Origin: an uncultured Acidobacteriaceae bacterium
GTDB taxonomy: Bacteria; Acidobacteriota; Terriglobia; Terriglobales; Acidobacteriaceae
Length of the DNA: 64,000 nucleotides
NCBI GenBank assembly: GCA_963808805.1
Contig: CAWEGN010000011.1
Span: 34,583-98,582, forward strand
Direction: 5' to 3'
Shown: positions 1 through 10,114 of the stretch, one piece after another
Position numbering within the stretch: position 1 is the first letter of the stretch
Layout: each line of letters starts with the position of its first letter
Notes under the pieces: generated by a model
What the model was told of the DNA's origin: nothing
Databases searched by the model: none
Seen by the model: only the letters and a program-made list of their open reading frames with translations
Program-made: the position numbers and the translations under genes

Positions 1-1304
1 TTGCGGTTGCTCGTCGAGGCGCAGCGTTCGCCCGGCAACAGAATGTCGGGATTCATGCCCAGGCACATGGAGCAGCCCGGCTCGCGCCAGTCGAATCCCG
101 CCTCGCGGAAGATGCGGTCCAGGCCTTCCTTCTCCGCCTGCGCCTTCACCTGCTGCGAGCCCGGCACCACCATCGCGCTTACGTGCGCGCTCACTTTGTG
201 GCCCGCGGCAATCTTTGCCGCCGCGCGCAAATCTTCAATGCGCCCGTTGGTGCAGGAGCCGATAAAAACGCGATCGATCTCGATCTCCTCGAACGGAGTA
301 CCGGCCTTGAGGTTCATATACTCAAGCGCCCGCTCTTGCGATTTGCGGTCGATCTCGCTTTTCGCATTCGCCGGATCGGGCACCTTTGCCACCACCGGCG
401 CCACCATGCCGGGGCTTGTTCCCCAGCTCACGTAAGGAACCAGCGTGGCCGCGTCGATCGTCAGCTCGCGGTCGAACTTCGCGCCGGGATCGGACGGCAG
501 CTTGCTCCACTCGGCCACTGCTTTGTCCCAATCCGCGCCCGCCGGCGCAAACCGCCGCCCCTTCAGGTACGCAAACGTCGTCTCGTCCGGTGCGATCATG
601 CCCGCTCGCGCTCCTGCTTCGATGCTCATGTTGCAGACGGTCATGCGGCCTTCCATCGAAAGCGCGCGAATCGCCGAGCCCGCGTACTCGATCACGCAGC
701 CCGTCGCGCCATCGGTGCCGATCTTGCCGATGATGGCCAGAATCACGTCCTTCGCCGTGACGCCCAGCGGCAGCTTGCCTTCGACCGCGATGCGAAAGGT
801 CTTCGGCTTCGATTGCGGCAGCGTCTGCGTGGCCAGCACGTGCTCCACCTCGCTGGTGCCGATTCCAAAAGCTAAAGCCCCGAACGCGCCGTGCGTCGAC
901 GTGTGCGAGTCTCCGCACACAATCGTCATGCCCGGCTTGGTCAGTCCCAGCTCCGGCCCGATCACGTGCACAATGCCCTGCTCGCGCGAGTCCACATCGT
1001 AGAGCTCGACGCCGAAGTCCGCGCAGTTCTTGCGCAGCGTGGCGATCTGCACGGCCGAGATCGGATCCACGATGTTCAGCCGTCCCTCGATGGTCGTGGG
1101 CACGTTGTGGTCAACAGTGGCTATCGTCCGATCCGGCCGCCGCACCTTGCGACCCGTCAGCCGCAGCCCTTCAAACGCCTGCGGCGAGGTCACCTCGTGC
1201 ACCAGTTGCAGATCGATGTAGAGCAGCGTGGGCTCGCCCTTCGGCTCAACCACCACATGCTGCTCCCACACCTTTTCGAACAATGTTTTCGATTCGCTAC
1301 TCAT
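1..1304 (-). CDS. leuC: 3-isopropylmalate dehydratase large subunit (3' end cut by window edge)
   Basis: Not in the supplied ORF track. Reverse-complement translation from ATG at 1304 reads [16 protein letters not shown]. It contains the aconitase-family motifs [24 protein letters not shown] and [21 protein letters not shown]. One frame stays open to position 1. Adjacent to leuB. Confidence 0.9.
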   Translation of the reverse strand, partial: MSSESKTLFEKVWEQHVVVEPKGEPTLLYIDLQLVHEVTSPQAFEGLRLTGRKVRRPDRTIATVDHNVPTTIEGRLNIVDPISAVQIATLRKNCADFGVELYDVDSREQGIVHVIGPELGLTKPGMTIVCGDSHTSTHGAFGALAFGIGTSEVEHVLATQTLPQSKPKTFRIAVEGKLPLGVTAKDVILAIIGKIGTDGATGCVIEYAGSAIRALSMEGRMTVCNMSIEAGARAGMIAPDETTFAYLKGRRFAPAGADWDKAVAEWSKLPSDPGAKFDRELTIDAATLVPYVSWGTSPGMVAPVVAKVPDPANAKSEIDRKSQERALEYMNLKAGTPFEEIEIDRVFIGSCTNGRIEDLRAAAKIAAGHKVSAHVSAMVVPGSQQVKAQAEKEGLDRIFREAGFDWREPGCSMCLGMNPDILLPGERCASTSNR

Positions 1305-1317
1305 GAAACTCCTAAAC

Positions 1318-1471
1318 GCTAGCTTCTAGCCTCTAGCCTCTAGCTGCTAGCTTGTTCCTACCCATTCAAAGCGTCACGACTTTTATCGAAAACCGCGCCC
1401 TTCTCGATGACGACGTTACCGTTCGTTCCAGCACGACGAGCTAGAAGCTAGCGGCTAGGAGCTAGAAGCTG
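1318..1471. repeat. Inverted CTAG-heptamer arm pair (arms 1318-1354 and 1438-1471) around an ~83-nt core
   Basis: Left arm is GCTAGCTTCTAGCCTCTAGCCTCTAGCTGCTAGCTTG. Right arm is GAGCTAGAAGCTAGCGGCTAGGAGCTAGAAGCTG. They are imperfect reverse complements built of 7-nt CTAGNNN units. The right arm encodes the last codons and the TAG stop of leuB. Confidence 0.85.
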
Positions 1472-2545
1472 TTCTTTCACCGCTTCCCGCACCTTCGCGC
1501 CCATCTCCCGGGTTCCCAGCACGGTCAATCCCTCCGGATTGGTGCGCGCCAGGTCCTGCGTGCGGAAGCCTCGCTCCAGCACCTTGCGGACCGCCGCCAC
1601 AATCGCATCTGCCTCCGCGTAAAGCCCGAAGGAGTGGCGCAAAAGCATCGCGCCGGTCAGGATCGTGGCCAGCGGATTGGCGATGTTCTTTCCCGCGTGC
1701 TTGGGCGCGGAGCCGTGGGCCGGCTCATACAAATTGATCTTGCCGCCGACGGTCGCCGAAGGCAACATGCCCAGCGAGCCGGTAATCACCGAGGACTCGT
1801 CGGTCAGAATGTCGCCAAACGTGTTCTCCGTTACGATCACGTCGAAGTCGCGCGGCCGCTTCATCAGGTGCATCGACATGGCGTCGACGAACTGGTGTTC
1901 CAGCGTCACATCGGGGAACTCCTTGGCCACCTCGGTCACCGTATCACGCCAAAGCTGCGAGACTTCGAGCACGTTGGCCTTGTCCACGCTGGTCACCAGC
2001 TTGCGGCGCTTCTGCGCTAACTGGAAGGCTACGCGGGCCACGCGGACCACTTCATCGCGCGTGTAGTACATCGTGTTGAAGGCTACGCCCTTTTCCTTGT
2101 TCCACTCCCGCGGCTTGCCGTAGTAGAGGCCGCCGAGCAGCTCGCGGACGAATAGGATGTCGGTGCCCTCGATAATCTCCGGCCGCAGCGGGCTGTTGAC
2201 CGTGATTTCCTTGAAGGCGAACACGGGGCGCAGATTGGCGAAGCCGCCCAGCGCGGCGCGCAGTTGCAACAGGCCCGCCTCGGGGCGCTTGCTCGCCGGG
2301 AGAGCATTGAACTTGTCGTCACCCACGGCGCCCAGGAAAACCGCTTCGGAATCCAATGCGGCAGCAACGGTGTCGGCGGGCAGAGGCGTGCCATCCCGCT
2401 CAATCGCCACGCCGCCAATACGCCGTTCGTCCAGCTCCAGTGTGTGGCCGCTCACGTCCGCCGTTTCCTGCAATACCGCGATGGCCTGCTCGGTGATTTC
2501 AGGGCCGATGCCGTCGCCGGGCGTAACCAGAATCTTCAGTTTCAT
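1448..2545 (-). CDS. leuB: 3-isopropylmalate dehydrogenase
   Basis: 365-aa ORF starting MKLKILVTPGDGIGPEI, with NLYEPAHGSAPKHAGKNIANP, typical of the isopropylmalate/isocitrate dehydrogenase family. Lies between leuC and the leuA-like gene. Confidence 0.92.
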   Translation of the reverse strand: MKLKILVTPGDGIGPEITEQAIAVLQETADVSGHTLELDERRIGGVAIERDGTPLPADTVAAALDSEAVFLGAVGDDKFNALPASKRPEAGLLQLRAALGGFANLRPVFAFKEITVNSPLRPEIIEGTDILFVRELLGGLYYGKPREWNKEKGVAFNTMYYTRDEVVRVARVAFQLAQKRRKLVTSVDKANVLEVSQLWRDTVTEVAKEFPDVTLEHQFVDAMSMHLMKRPRDFDVIVTENTFGDILTDESSVITGSLGMLPSATVGGKINLYEPAHGSAPKHAGKNIANPLATILTGAMLLRHSFGLYAEADAIVAAVRKVLERGFRTQDLARTNPEGLTVLGTREMGAKVREAVKEQLLAPSR

Positions 2546-2608
2546 TCTTGTCTTCTTCTCCTCATCGTCGATTGTTTATTGCAATTCGCACTTCACTCAG
2601 GGGAAAGT

Positions 2609-2657
2609 GATCTCTGATCTCTGTTCTCTGATCTCTGTTCTCTGATCTCTGTTCTCT
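2609..2657. repeat. Tandem heptamer array (GATCTCT/GTTCTCT) x7
   Basis: Exact 7-nt periodicity read directly. Fills the spacer between the leuB start and the leuA-like stop, ending 5 nt before that stop. Confidence 0.9.
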
Positions 2658-2662
2658 GGCGC

Positions 2663-3860
2663 TCAATCCAGTTCGCTCACCGGCTCGCTGCGCCGTTCGC
2701 GAATGTTGTCAGGCAGCAATCCGACCAAATCCTGATCGTAAATATTCTTCTTGCGATCGGCCAGGGCCACAAAACGGTAGTAGACGTGCTGCAGCTCGTC
2801 GCGGCTCACCGTGAAGCCGAGTTGCTCCAGCCGATGGCGCAGTGCGGCGCGTCCGGAGTGCTTGCCCAGTACCAGGTGCGTCTTGGCCACGCCCACCAGT
2901 TGCGGCGTCATGATCTCGTAGCACAGCGGATTCGCCAGCATACCGTGCTGGTGAATGCCCGACTCGTGCGCGAACGCATTGGCCCCCACCACCGCCTTGT
3001 TGGGTGACGGCTTGAAGGTGATGAGCTGGCCCAGCACCTCGCTGGTGGGATAAAGCTGGTCGAGTTTTATGCTTGTCGTCACGCCGAAGCGGTCCCCGCG
3101 CACGTAAAGCGCCGCCGCAATCTCCTCGAGCGCCGCGTTGCCCGCCCGCTCGCCGATGCCGTTGATCGTGCACTCCACCTGCCGCGCGCCCGCCTGGATT
3201 GCGGCGAGCGAATTTGCCGACTGCGAGCCCCAGATCGTCGTGGCAGTGCGCCGAAAGCACTACGCCCTTTTCGTCGATCGCGGGAACCCGCTCGCGCACC
3301 TCGCGGAACATCTGCCCATACTCCTCCGGCGTGATGTAACCCACGGTATCGGGCATGTTGATCGTGGTCGCGCCCGCCTCGACCGCAACGCGCACCATTT
3401 CCACCAGGAAGTCGCGATCCGATCGCGTCGCATCCTCGGGCGAAAACTCCACGTCGTCGGCCAGCGACCGCGCCAGCCGCACGCTCTCGCCGCACTGCTC
3501 CATCGCCTCCGCGCGGCTCATCTTCAATTTGTATTCCAGATGCAGGTCGCTCGACGCCAGAAACACATGGATGCGCGCCCGATCGGCAAACTGCAGCGCC
3601 CGCGCCGCCATCTCGATGTCCTCGGTTTTTGCCCGGGCCAACGACGCGATACGCGGCTTCCGTATGGCCTGCGTGATGGTCGCTATGGCCGCAAAGTCGC
3701 CCTCCGAGGCCATGGCGAATCCGGCCTCGATGATGTCCACGCCCAGGTCGTCGAGGGCATGGGCCATAGTGAGCTTCTCCTGCGTGGTCATGCTGCAACC
3801 GGGCGACTGCTCGCCGTCGCGCAGAGTGGTGTCGAAGAAAACTACACGATCGCTGCTCAT
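2663..3860 (-). pseudogene. leuA: 2-isopropylmalate synthase / citramalate synthase family, short form (~399 aa), frameshifted as assembled
   Basis: Two overlapping minus-strand ORFs (2709-3860 and 2663-3178). The first carries FDTTLRDGEQSPG and HCHDDLGLAV. The second continues [18 protein letters not shown] and AHESGIHQHG. Shifting one base at the TTT run 3213-3215 restores ..GLAV.[19 protein letters not shown]. Confidence 0.85.
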
Positions 3861-3969
3861 CTGTGTGCCTGCTGGAACAACTTGCCTCGTCCAGACATTT
3901 CATTGTCGCCTATCCGGGCCGTATAAGGCAAAGTTATAATTCTTTGAGAATGAATTAGTATTGCTTATA

Positions 3970-4218
3970 GAAGCAGGGACCAGGTATTAGGGAATAGGGA
4001 ACAGAAAGCAGGCGCATAGGGAACCCTTGAACGAGTCGATGTTTGAAAGGGCACGACTTCAGTCGTGCCGTAAATGCGGTGAGACAAAGGCGGGCTTCAG
4101 CCCCTGAGGAACGTTCACCACGCAAATTGGAATTGTTCGGAGGTCTCTTAGGCAAATGCGGCGGGAGGGCCGCTTAGCTTCTTTCTACTCCCTATTCTCT
4201 ACTCCCTATTCCCTGCGC
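3970..4218. repeat. Composite repeat: inverted TAGGGAA/TTCCCTA-type heptamer arms flanking a core with GGCACGAC-TTCA-GTCGTGCC and GGGCTTCAGCCC hairpins
   Basis: Left arm (~3976-4015) reads ..GGTATTAGGGAATAGGGAACAGAAAGCAGG. Right arm (~4176-4216) reads ..CTTTCTACTCCCTATTCTCTACTCCCTATTCCCTG. They are reverse-complementary by eye. The core hairpin at 4049-4069 recurs at 12130-12150 and 12268-12288. Confidence 0.8.
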
Positions 4219-4233
4219 TCCAAAGGAGCGCAT

Positions 4234-5157
4234 ATGGAACTCAGCCAGCTCGAAACCTTTCTCGCCGTGGCCGAAGAGCGCAGCTTTTCCCGCGCCGCCC
4301 AGCGCCTGCATCGCACGCAGCCCGCCGTCAGCCAGGTCGTCCGCAAGCTTGAAGCAGCGGTGGGCGAAACACTTCTTGACCGGTCCGCGCGCGACGGCTC
4401 GCTCACCGCCGCCGGCGCTCTGCTGCGCGACTACGCGCTGCGCCTCCTGGCCCTGCGGCGCGAGGCTTCGAGCGCCCTCGACGAGCTGAAGAACCGGGAG
4501 CGCGGCCAGTTGCAACTGGGCGCCAACGAATACACCTGCATGGTCCTGTTGCCGGCCATCGACGCCTTCCGGCGCGAGTTCCCTAACGTGGGCGTCACCG
4601 TGCAGCGCATGTTGGCCTCGCGTATTCCCGAGGAGCTTAATCTGCGCACCTTCGAGCTGGGCGTCATCTCCTTCCGCCCCGACCCCGCGCAGATCCGCAC
4701 CATTGCCGTCTATGGCGACAGCCTGGCCTTCATTGTGGGCCCGAGCCATCCGCTGGCCAGGGCAAAACGCGTCTCCATCCGCGACCTCGGCAACGAGACC
4801 TTCATCGCTCACAACGTAGCCTCGCCGCTGCGCCGCAAGGTCATTGAGGCCTTCCAGCGCTACCGCACTCCACTGCACATGGGTATTGAACTGCCCACCA
4901 TTGAGGCCATCAAGCGTTTTGTGGCCATGGGCAACGGCGTGGCCCTGGTTCCCCACCTCACGGTGGCGCGCGAGCTGGAAATCGGCGACCTGGTGCGCGT
5001 GCCGATCGATGAGTTGGACGTGCGCCGTGTGCTCCGCCTGGCTCACCGCCGCCAGGCCACGCTCTCCTACGCCGCCAAGGCCTTTTTGCACACGCTCAGA
5101 ACCCTGGCCAAAGAGATGGGACCGCCGTTTTACTACCATGTCGAGCGTGTCGGCTGA
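4234..5157 (+). CDS. LysR-family transcriptional regulator
   Basis: N-terminal HTH FSRAAQRLHRTQPAVSQVVRKLE and a LysR substrate-binding-like remainder. AAGGAG sits 6 nt upstream of ATG 4234. Divergent from the leuA-like gene. Confidence 0.85.
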   Translation: MELSQLETFLAVAEERSFSRAAQRLHRTQPAVSQVVRKLEAAVGETLLDRSARDGSLTAAGALLRDYALRLLALRREASSALDELKNRERGQLQLGANEYTCMVLLPAIDAFRREFPNVGVTVQRMLASRIPEELNLRTFELGVISFRPDPAQIRTIAVYGDSLAFIVGPSHPLARAKRVSIRDLGNETFIAHNVASPLRRKVIEAFQRYRTPLHMGIELPTIEAIKRFVAMGNGVALVPHLTVARELEIGDLVRVPIDELDVRRVLRLAHRRQATLSYAAKAFLHTLRTLAKEMGPPFYYHVERVG

Positions 5158-5367
5158 AGAGACAGGGAGCAGGAAACCAGTCCCTCTTTCCTCTTCCCGC
5201 TCCGCGCGTCTATAGCTTTAGAAGTTTCCATGCAGGCCTTAACCCGCCCCGGCCAGTTACAATGCTGAGAGCGGGGCCCGGAACCATCCGGCGCGCCGGA
5301 CCAGTGCGCGGAAATCGCTAAGATTTTGCCAGCCGCACGGTTGTGCAGTCATGAGGATCAGGATCGA

Positions 5368-5976
5368 ATGAAGAAGATCGCTTTTTTAATCTTTCTGCTG
5401 GCCGTGGGTGTGGCCGCAGGCCGCGCTCAGGAAAGCCGCCAGGACATCAGCCTGAGCGGTATAGGGCTGATTGAGCCGTTCATGGCTTCTTCCACCACCG
5501 TTCAGGTGCATTCCACCACCGCCTATGGCGCCATGCTCAGCTACCGCTTCATGCTCACGCCCACCAGCGCCGTTGAGGCCAACTACGGCATAACCTACCA
5601 GAACAGCCTCGGCTACCACGTTACCCCCAATCAATATAAAGTCTTGACTCGCACCCAGGAGATCTCCGCCGCTTACGTCCGCTCCTTCGTATTCAAAAGC
5701 TTCAATCCCTTTGTGGAAGGGGGAGCCGGGGGATTCATCTTCTTACCTATCCGCAATTCGGGCACCACCAATCTCGACGTCAAGCAGCAGACGCAGATTG
5801 GCGCCATCTTCGGCGCCGGGATCGCCTACGAGGTCAGCCCCAGCTTCGATATCCGCGCGGAGTATCGTGGATGGGTCACCAAGGTCCCTACCTTCGGCGA
5901 CACCCAATTCACCACCAACCGCTGGTACAGGCCCTGGATCAGCGTACCCACCATCGGCGTGGCCTACCACTTCTAA
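5368..5976 (+). CDS. Outer-membrane beta-barrel protein (OmpW/OmpA-like small barrel)
   Basis: Signal peptide MKKIAFLIFLLAVGVAAGRAQ, alternating hydrophobic beta-strand pattern, aromatic C-terminus ..GVAYHF. Confidence 0.65.
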   Translation: MKKIAFLIFLLAVGVAAGRAQESRQDISLSGIGLIEPFMASSTTVQVHSTTAYGAMLSYRFMLTPTSAVEANYGITYQNSLGYHVTPNQYKVLTRTQEISAAYVRSFVFKSFNPFVEGGAGGFIFLPIRNSGTTNLDVKQQTQIGAIFGAGIAYEVSPSFDIRAEYRGWVTKVPTFGDTQFTTNRWYRPWISVPTIGVAYHF

Positions 5977-6069
5977 ACACCCGCTTCCGGGTCAAGCTCA
6001 AAACAAGGGGACCGGCCAACGCCGATCCCCTTTTTCCTGCTCCGGGATTCCACAATCACTCGGCTCCCA

Positions 6070-6906
6070 TCAGGGGTTTCCGGTCTCCACGCTGCGCGCC
6101 TCCCGGTAGCGGCCCAGTTCCTTCACCATGCCGCAGTGCGCGCCCAGCGCCTCCCGAGCGCGCGTTCCCTCCTCGTTTGAGCCAATCTGGTAATCCGCAT
6201 AGAAAATGTACTCCCACGGCTTGCCCTGCACCGGCCGCGACTCGATCTTGGTCAGGTTCGTCCCCATCGCGCTCAACGCGCTCAACGCCGCCACCAGCGA
6301 GCCCGCCCGGTGCTCCAGCGTAAAGGCCACGCTCATCTTGTTCGATTCCGGATCGGTCTCCGCCTCGCTGCTGCGCCGCACCAGAAAGAACCGCGTGTAG
6401 TTCTCCGCATCGTCCTCTATCCCGCGGGCAAGAATCTCCGCGCCGTAGTACGCCGCCGCCTGCTCGCTCGCAATCGCCGCCGCATGTTGATCGCCCAGAC
6501 CCACCAACTGCTTCACGCTGCCCGCGGTGTCGTAAAAGGCAACGGCCTTCATCTTCTTGTGCTCGGCCAGGAAGCGCCGGCATTGGGCCAGCGCCACGGA
6601 ATGCGAGTACACGCGGTCGATCTCGCCCAGCGACGCGCCCGCGACGGCGATCAGGTTGTGCCGGATGCGAATCAGCGTCTCCCGCACCACCCTCACGTCG
6701 TGATGCAGCAGCAAGTCAAAGTGCTCCAGCACCGACCCCGCCAGGCTGTTCTCAATGGGAATCGCCGCGGCATCGGCAGCGCCCTCGTCCAGCTTGGCAA
6801 ACACCTCCGCAGAAAGCGCGCACGGAACAATCTCCGCGTCCGGTACGAGCTTCAGCGCCGCCTCGTGGCTGAACGAGCCCGGCTCACCCTGAATGGCGAT
6901 CTTCAT
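6070..6906 (-). CDS. pheA: Prephenate dehydratase
   Basis: 278 aa starting MKIAIQGEPGSFSHEAA, plus a C-terminal ACT region with TKIESRP..PWEYIFYAD. Confidence 0.88.
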   Translation of the reverse strand: MKIAIQGEPGSFSHEAALKLVPDAEIVPCALSAEVFAKLDEGAADAAAIPIENSLAGSVLEHFDLLLHHDVRVVRETLIRIRHNLIAVAGASLGEIDRVYSHSVALAQCRRFLAEHKKMKAVAFYDTAGSVKQLVGLGDQHAAAIASEQAAAYYGAEILARGIEDDAENYTRFFLVRRSSEAETDPESNKMSVAFTLEHRAGSLVAALSALSAMGTNLTKIESRPVQGKPWEYIFYADYQIGSNEEGTRAREALGAHCGMVKELGRYREARSVETGNP

Positions 6907-7035
6907 GCTGTCGTCTCTTGCCCTCGGCTCCGCGTGGCGAGGGACAAAGCCTCATCCGCGCTTCCATTTCGCACCATAACACGGCAGCTTATACAATCCA
7001 GACAAATCTGCTCGGAAAACGGAGACTGTGCATCC

Positions 7036-8553
7036 ATGTTGAATAGGGTAAAACTCGCAAGCACAACCGTGATCCTGATGCTGCTCAACGTCCCTCCTCA
7101 CGGCGATGCGCAAACGTTGGAAGCAGCCCTCGATAGTTATCTTTCGCAGATTTCCAGTGAGGCGAAGCAGCCGGCTCCTGCGAACATTTCGGAGTGGTCG
7201 GCGAGGCACCCGGGCGAGACCGTCGAAACACCCGGAGCCGGCGGCAAAAATACCGAATCCGAAGGTGCGCGGGACGCACAGGTCCGGAAATGGGAAGGGC
7301 GCTGGTGCCTGCGGTCCACTGCCAACATTGATTTTGCCCGCGGCGTACACGTTCGCCGCATCGCCCTCTTTTATCAGCCGCTGGTCGAGCAAATCTACAA
7401 TAAGCCCCTTCCGCCCCTCCCCGCCGAAACGGAGGGCGCTCTGAGGCAGCACGGGTGCAGACTGGTCAAAATCCTCAGCGAATTCGAAGGAAACACCAGC
7501 CCTCAGGACCTGGCGGAGACCATTGCCAGGCGACTGCCAGGCGAACGCTCCGAAGAACCCGGCAAATTCATCGATCGCTCTTCGTGGAGTGATTTTTGGA
7601 AGCCCGTCTATTCCTTCGCTAACCTTACCCGCGCCAGCCGGGGCTTCTACTTCCTCTTCACCCATGGTTTTGCCGACCATCCCGCCGTGCTTTTGGAGTG
7701 GGAAGCGGGAACCCTGGACTACGGAGAGCCATCATCAAAGGACATCGACCCTGAGGCGGGACAGCCCTGGCTCGCCCTGCGCGCCGCCATGCTTGCCCGG
7801 CTGCCCGAGGCGCCCACGCTCGAAATGTTCTCGTTTCTTGCCCCGCAGGCTGGCGACCGATGGGAGCAGCCCCGATTTTTCTGCGACAGGCAACTCGTCC
7901 CCGTTTTGCGCAGTTGGTTTACCCTTGCCGCTCGAAACGCGCCGGAGCAGCATGCCGCTGCTCTGCTTGTCGCCGATGCGGTCGCCGATCGACTCTCTGA
8001 CTGCGAGGAATTTATCGATTCGAATGACTACGTTCCCCCCGAAGTGGACAAGTTGCTAGACGGAAGTTACGACGATTTGAAGAAGAACCTGGCGGAACTG
8101 GGCATTAAGACAGACAAATCTGCGCGGCCCGGCCCGGAGTACTACACCGGTAATCTGATTGCGCAGGCGCGCAAATTGGCGCCCACCGGAGTCGTGAACG
8201 AGCTTTCGTGGATCGCCACTCTGGACCAACGCTGCCAATGGTCCGCGATTTCCGATGCGGACTGCGCAGACTTCATCCAATCGGGGGAGGGTTTTCTGTC
8301 ACGCTTTCCAGCGGACGAATGGACACCGAGCGTTCATCTGCTCCTTGCCGAGGCCTACTCGATTACCGCAGCACAGGACAGCGAGAATGCCCTTGCGAAC
8401 TCTGAATTCCTGAGCAAGGCGGCGGCACACTATCGCGCGTGGTACGCCACAAGCACCAACGAGCGGGACCGCGCGCTGGTTTGGGAGGAAATCTGGGGCA
8501 TCGAGGCCGGTCTGGGCCCGCGGTTGATGGTGCCCGGGCAGTTGCGACAGTGA
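7036..8553 (+). CDS. Secreted hypothetical protein
   Basis: Long ORF. The internal ATG at 7036 gives a signal-like N-terminus MLNRVKLASTTVILMLLNVPPHGDAQ. The track's upstream extension (from 6310) is antisense to pheA. No family recognised. Confidence 0.6.
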   Translation: MLNRVKLASTTVILMLLNVPPHGDAQTLEAALDSYLSQISSEAKQPAPANISEWSARHPGETVETPGAGGKNTESEGARDAQVRKWEGRWCLRSTANIDFARGVHVRRIALFYQPLVEQIYNKPLPPLPAETEGALRQHGCRLVKILSEFEGNTSPQDLAETIARRLPGERSEEPGKFIDRSSWSDFWKPVYSFANLTRASRGFYFLFTHGFADHPAVLLEWEAGTLDYGEPSSKDIDPEAGQPWLALRAAMLARLPEAPTLEMFSFLAPQAGDRWEQPRFFCDRQLVPVLRSWFTLAARNAPEQHAAALLVADAVADRLSDCEEFIDSNDYVPPEVDKLLDGSYDDLKKNLAELGIKTDKSARPGPEYYTGNLIAQARKLAPTGVVNELSWIATLDQRCQWSAISDADCADFIQSGEGFLSRFPADEWTPSVHLLLAEAYSITAAQDSENALANSEFLSKAAAHYRAWYATSTNERDRALVWEEIWGIEAGLGPRLMVPGQLRQ

Positions 8554-8603
8554 GGTTTGCCAGGCACCGCTCCCTCCGCAACTCATCGCGGCCTAAACGC
8601 CGC

Positions 8604-9470
8604 TTATCTTCTCATCCACACGTCCGCCGACACAAACCCCAGAAACACCATCGCAATCACCCCGTTCATGGTGAAGAACGCCGCATTCAGCCGGCGCAGG
8701 TCGCGCGGCGAGACGATGGCGTGTTCGTAACTCAGCAGCAGCCCCACGGCGCCAACGCCCAACCAGCCGGCCATTCCAAAATCGAAGAGCCGCCCGAACC
8801 ACACCAGCAGCGCCAGCATGGCCACATGCATCCCGCGCGCCGCCCAAAAAGCAACTGCAAGCCCCGACGCCTGCGGCAGGCTGTGCAGCCCTGCAGCGCG
8901 GTCGTGCTCGTAGTCCTGGCAGGCATACAGCACGTCGAACCCCCCGGCCCACAGCGTCACAGCCGCGGTCAGCACCAGGATGCGCACGTCCAGGCTACCG
9001 CGCACTGCAATCCACGCCGCCGTGGGCGCCAGCCCCAGCGCCAGCCCCAGCCCCAGGTGCGACCACTGCGTCACTCGCTTCAGATAGCTGTACCCCAGCA
9101 GCACCGCCAGCGCCACTGGCGCCAATTCCAGCGTCAGCCGGTTCAGCTCCGCTGCCGCCACCAGGAACACCGCCAGCGCGACGCACGTAAACCCCAGCAC
9201 AAACTGCCGGCTCAGCAGCCCCGCCGGAATCGCCCGGTTCCGCGTCCGGGGATTCTCGGTGTCCAGATCCGCGTCGGCCCAGCGGTTAAAGGCCATCGCA
9301 GCCGACCGCGCCGCCACCATGGCCACTACGATCCACGCCACGGTCCGCCACCCCGGCAGCCCGCCTGCCGCCAGCAGCATCGCCGTCAGCGCAAAGGGCA
9401 GCGCAAAGATCGAGTGCTCCCACTTGATCATCTCCAGCGTCGTCCCGATCTCGTTCAGAATGCCTGCCAT
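8604..9470 (-). CDS. UbiA-family aromatic prenyltransferase (4-hydroxybenzoate polyprenyltransferase-like; possibly menaquinone-pathway)
   Basis: NRWADADLD (NxxxDxxxD) motif and about 8 hydrophobic segments; 288 aa. Confidence 0.8.
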   Translation of the reverse strand: MAGILNEIGTTLEMIKWEHSIFALPFALTAMLLAAGGLPGWRTVAWIVVAMVAARSAAMAFNRWADADLDTENPRTRNRAIPAGLLSRQFVLGFTCVALAVFLVAAAELNRLTLELAPVALAVLLGYSYLKRVTQWSHLGLGLALGLAPTAAWIAVRGSLDVRILVLTAAVTLWAGGFDVLYACQDYEHDRAAGLHSLPQASGLAVAFWAARGMHVAMLALLVWFGRLFDFGMAGWLGVGAVGLLLSYEHAIVSPRDLRRLNAAFFTMNGVIAMVFLGFVSADVWMRR

Positions 9471-9664
9471 GCGCTTTTCCTGTCCCCAGTCTAGCGGAGC
9501 CGGACGCCCTCTCCGGCGTCACCGCCAGCCAGGGTTTGCCCCGCCGTCTCGCCCATTTCGTGCACCGCTCCGTTCTGTTGACCCGGCGAGCGTGACGCGG
9601 ATCACATAATCCCGTATTCCTTCAGTGAAATCATGATCGCGACGCTCGTTACCGGCGCACCTTG

Positions 9665-10105
9665 ATGAACGTTTCATCTACCAACGGACGGTCTTTCGTG
9701 CAACTTGATTCAACCGCATTTGTCGGCGATCAGGAGCTGATTGAGGCGCTCGGCGCGCATTCCACCCCCGTTTCGTGCGGCTCGGACTACGTTCTTTTCC
9801 GCCAGGGCGACCCCGCCGCCGGACTCTACATCGTCCGCCAGGGCGCGGTCACGCTGAGCATGATTTCGCAGGACGGCAAATCGCTCTTTGCCGTGCATGC
9901 GCTTCCCGGCTCCCTGCTCGGACTCCCCGGCGTCATTAGCGGCCAACCCTACTCGCTCAGCGCAACCGCCCGCGCCGGCGCGCGGATCAGCTTCGTCGGC
10001 CGCGATGAATTCACCGCGCTCATGAACGCGCATCCGCTCCTGTCGCTCAAAATGCTCAAAGTCCTCGCCGCGGAGGTCCGCAGCGCCCGCAAAGCCCTCT
10101 ATTAA
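9665..10105 (+). CDS. Stand-alone cyclic-nucleotide-binding domain protein (no HTH)
   Basis: cNMP-binding beta-roll pattern: FRQGDPAAGLYIVRQGAV ... GLPGVISGQPYSLSATA. Only 147 aa. Confidence 0.6.
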   Translation: MNVSSTNGRSFVQLDSTAFVGDQELIEALGAHSTPVSCGSDYVLFRQGDPAAGLYIVRQGAVTLSMISQDGKSLFAVHALPGSLLGLPGVISGQPYSLSATARAGARISFVGRDEFTALMNAHPLLSLKMLKVLAAEVRSARKALY

Positions 10106-10114
10106 TCTGGAAGC

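Noticed and set aside
3205-3222. Programmed ribosomal frameshifting or transcriptional slippage as the explanation for the broken leuA, rnj, argG, argH and PEGA genes
   Set aside because: The sites lack canonical slippery heptamers with downstream stimulatory structures. The runs are only 2-4 nt long. The affected genes have no known recoding in any lineage. Sequencing indels or true mutations are more parsimonious.
6310-7035. N-terminal 242 residues of the 747-aa ORF 6310-8553
   Set aside because: This part is antisense to pheA and Arg-rich. A signal-peptide-like start at ATG 7036 gives a sensible secreted protein, so the extension was discarded.
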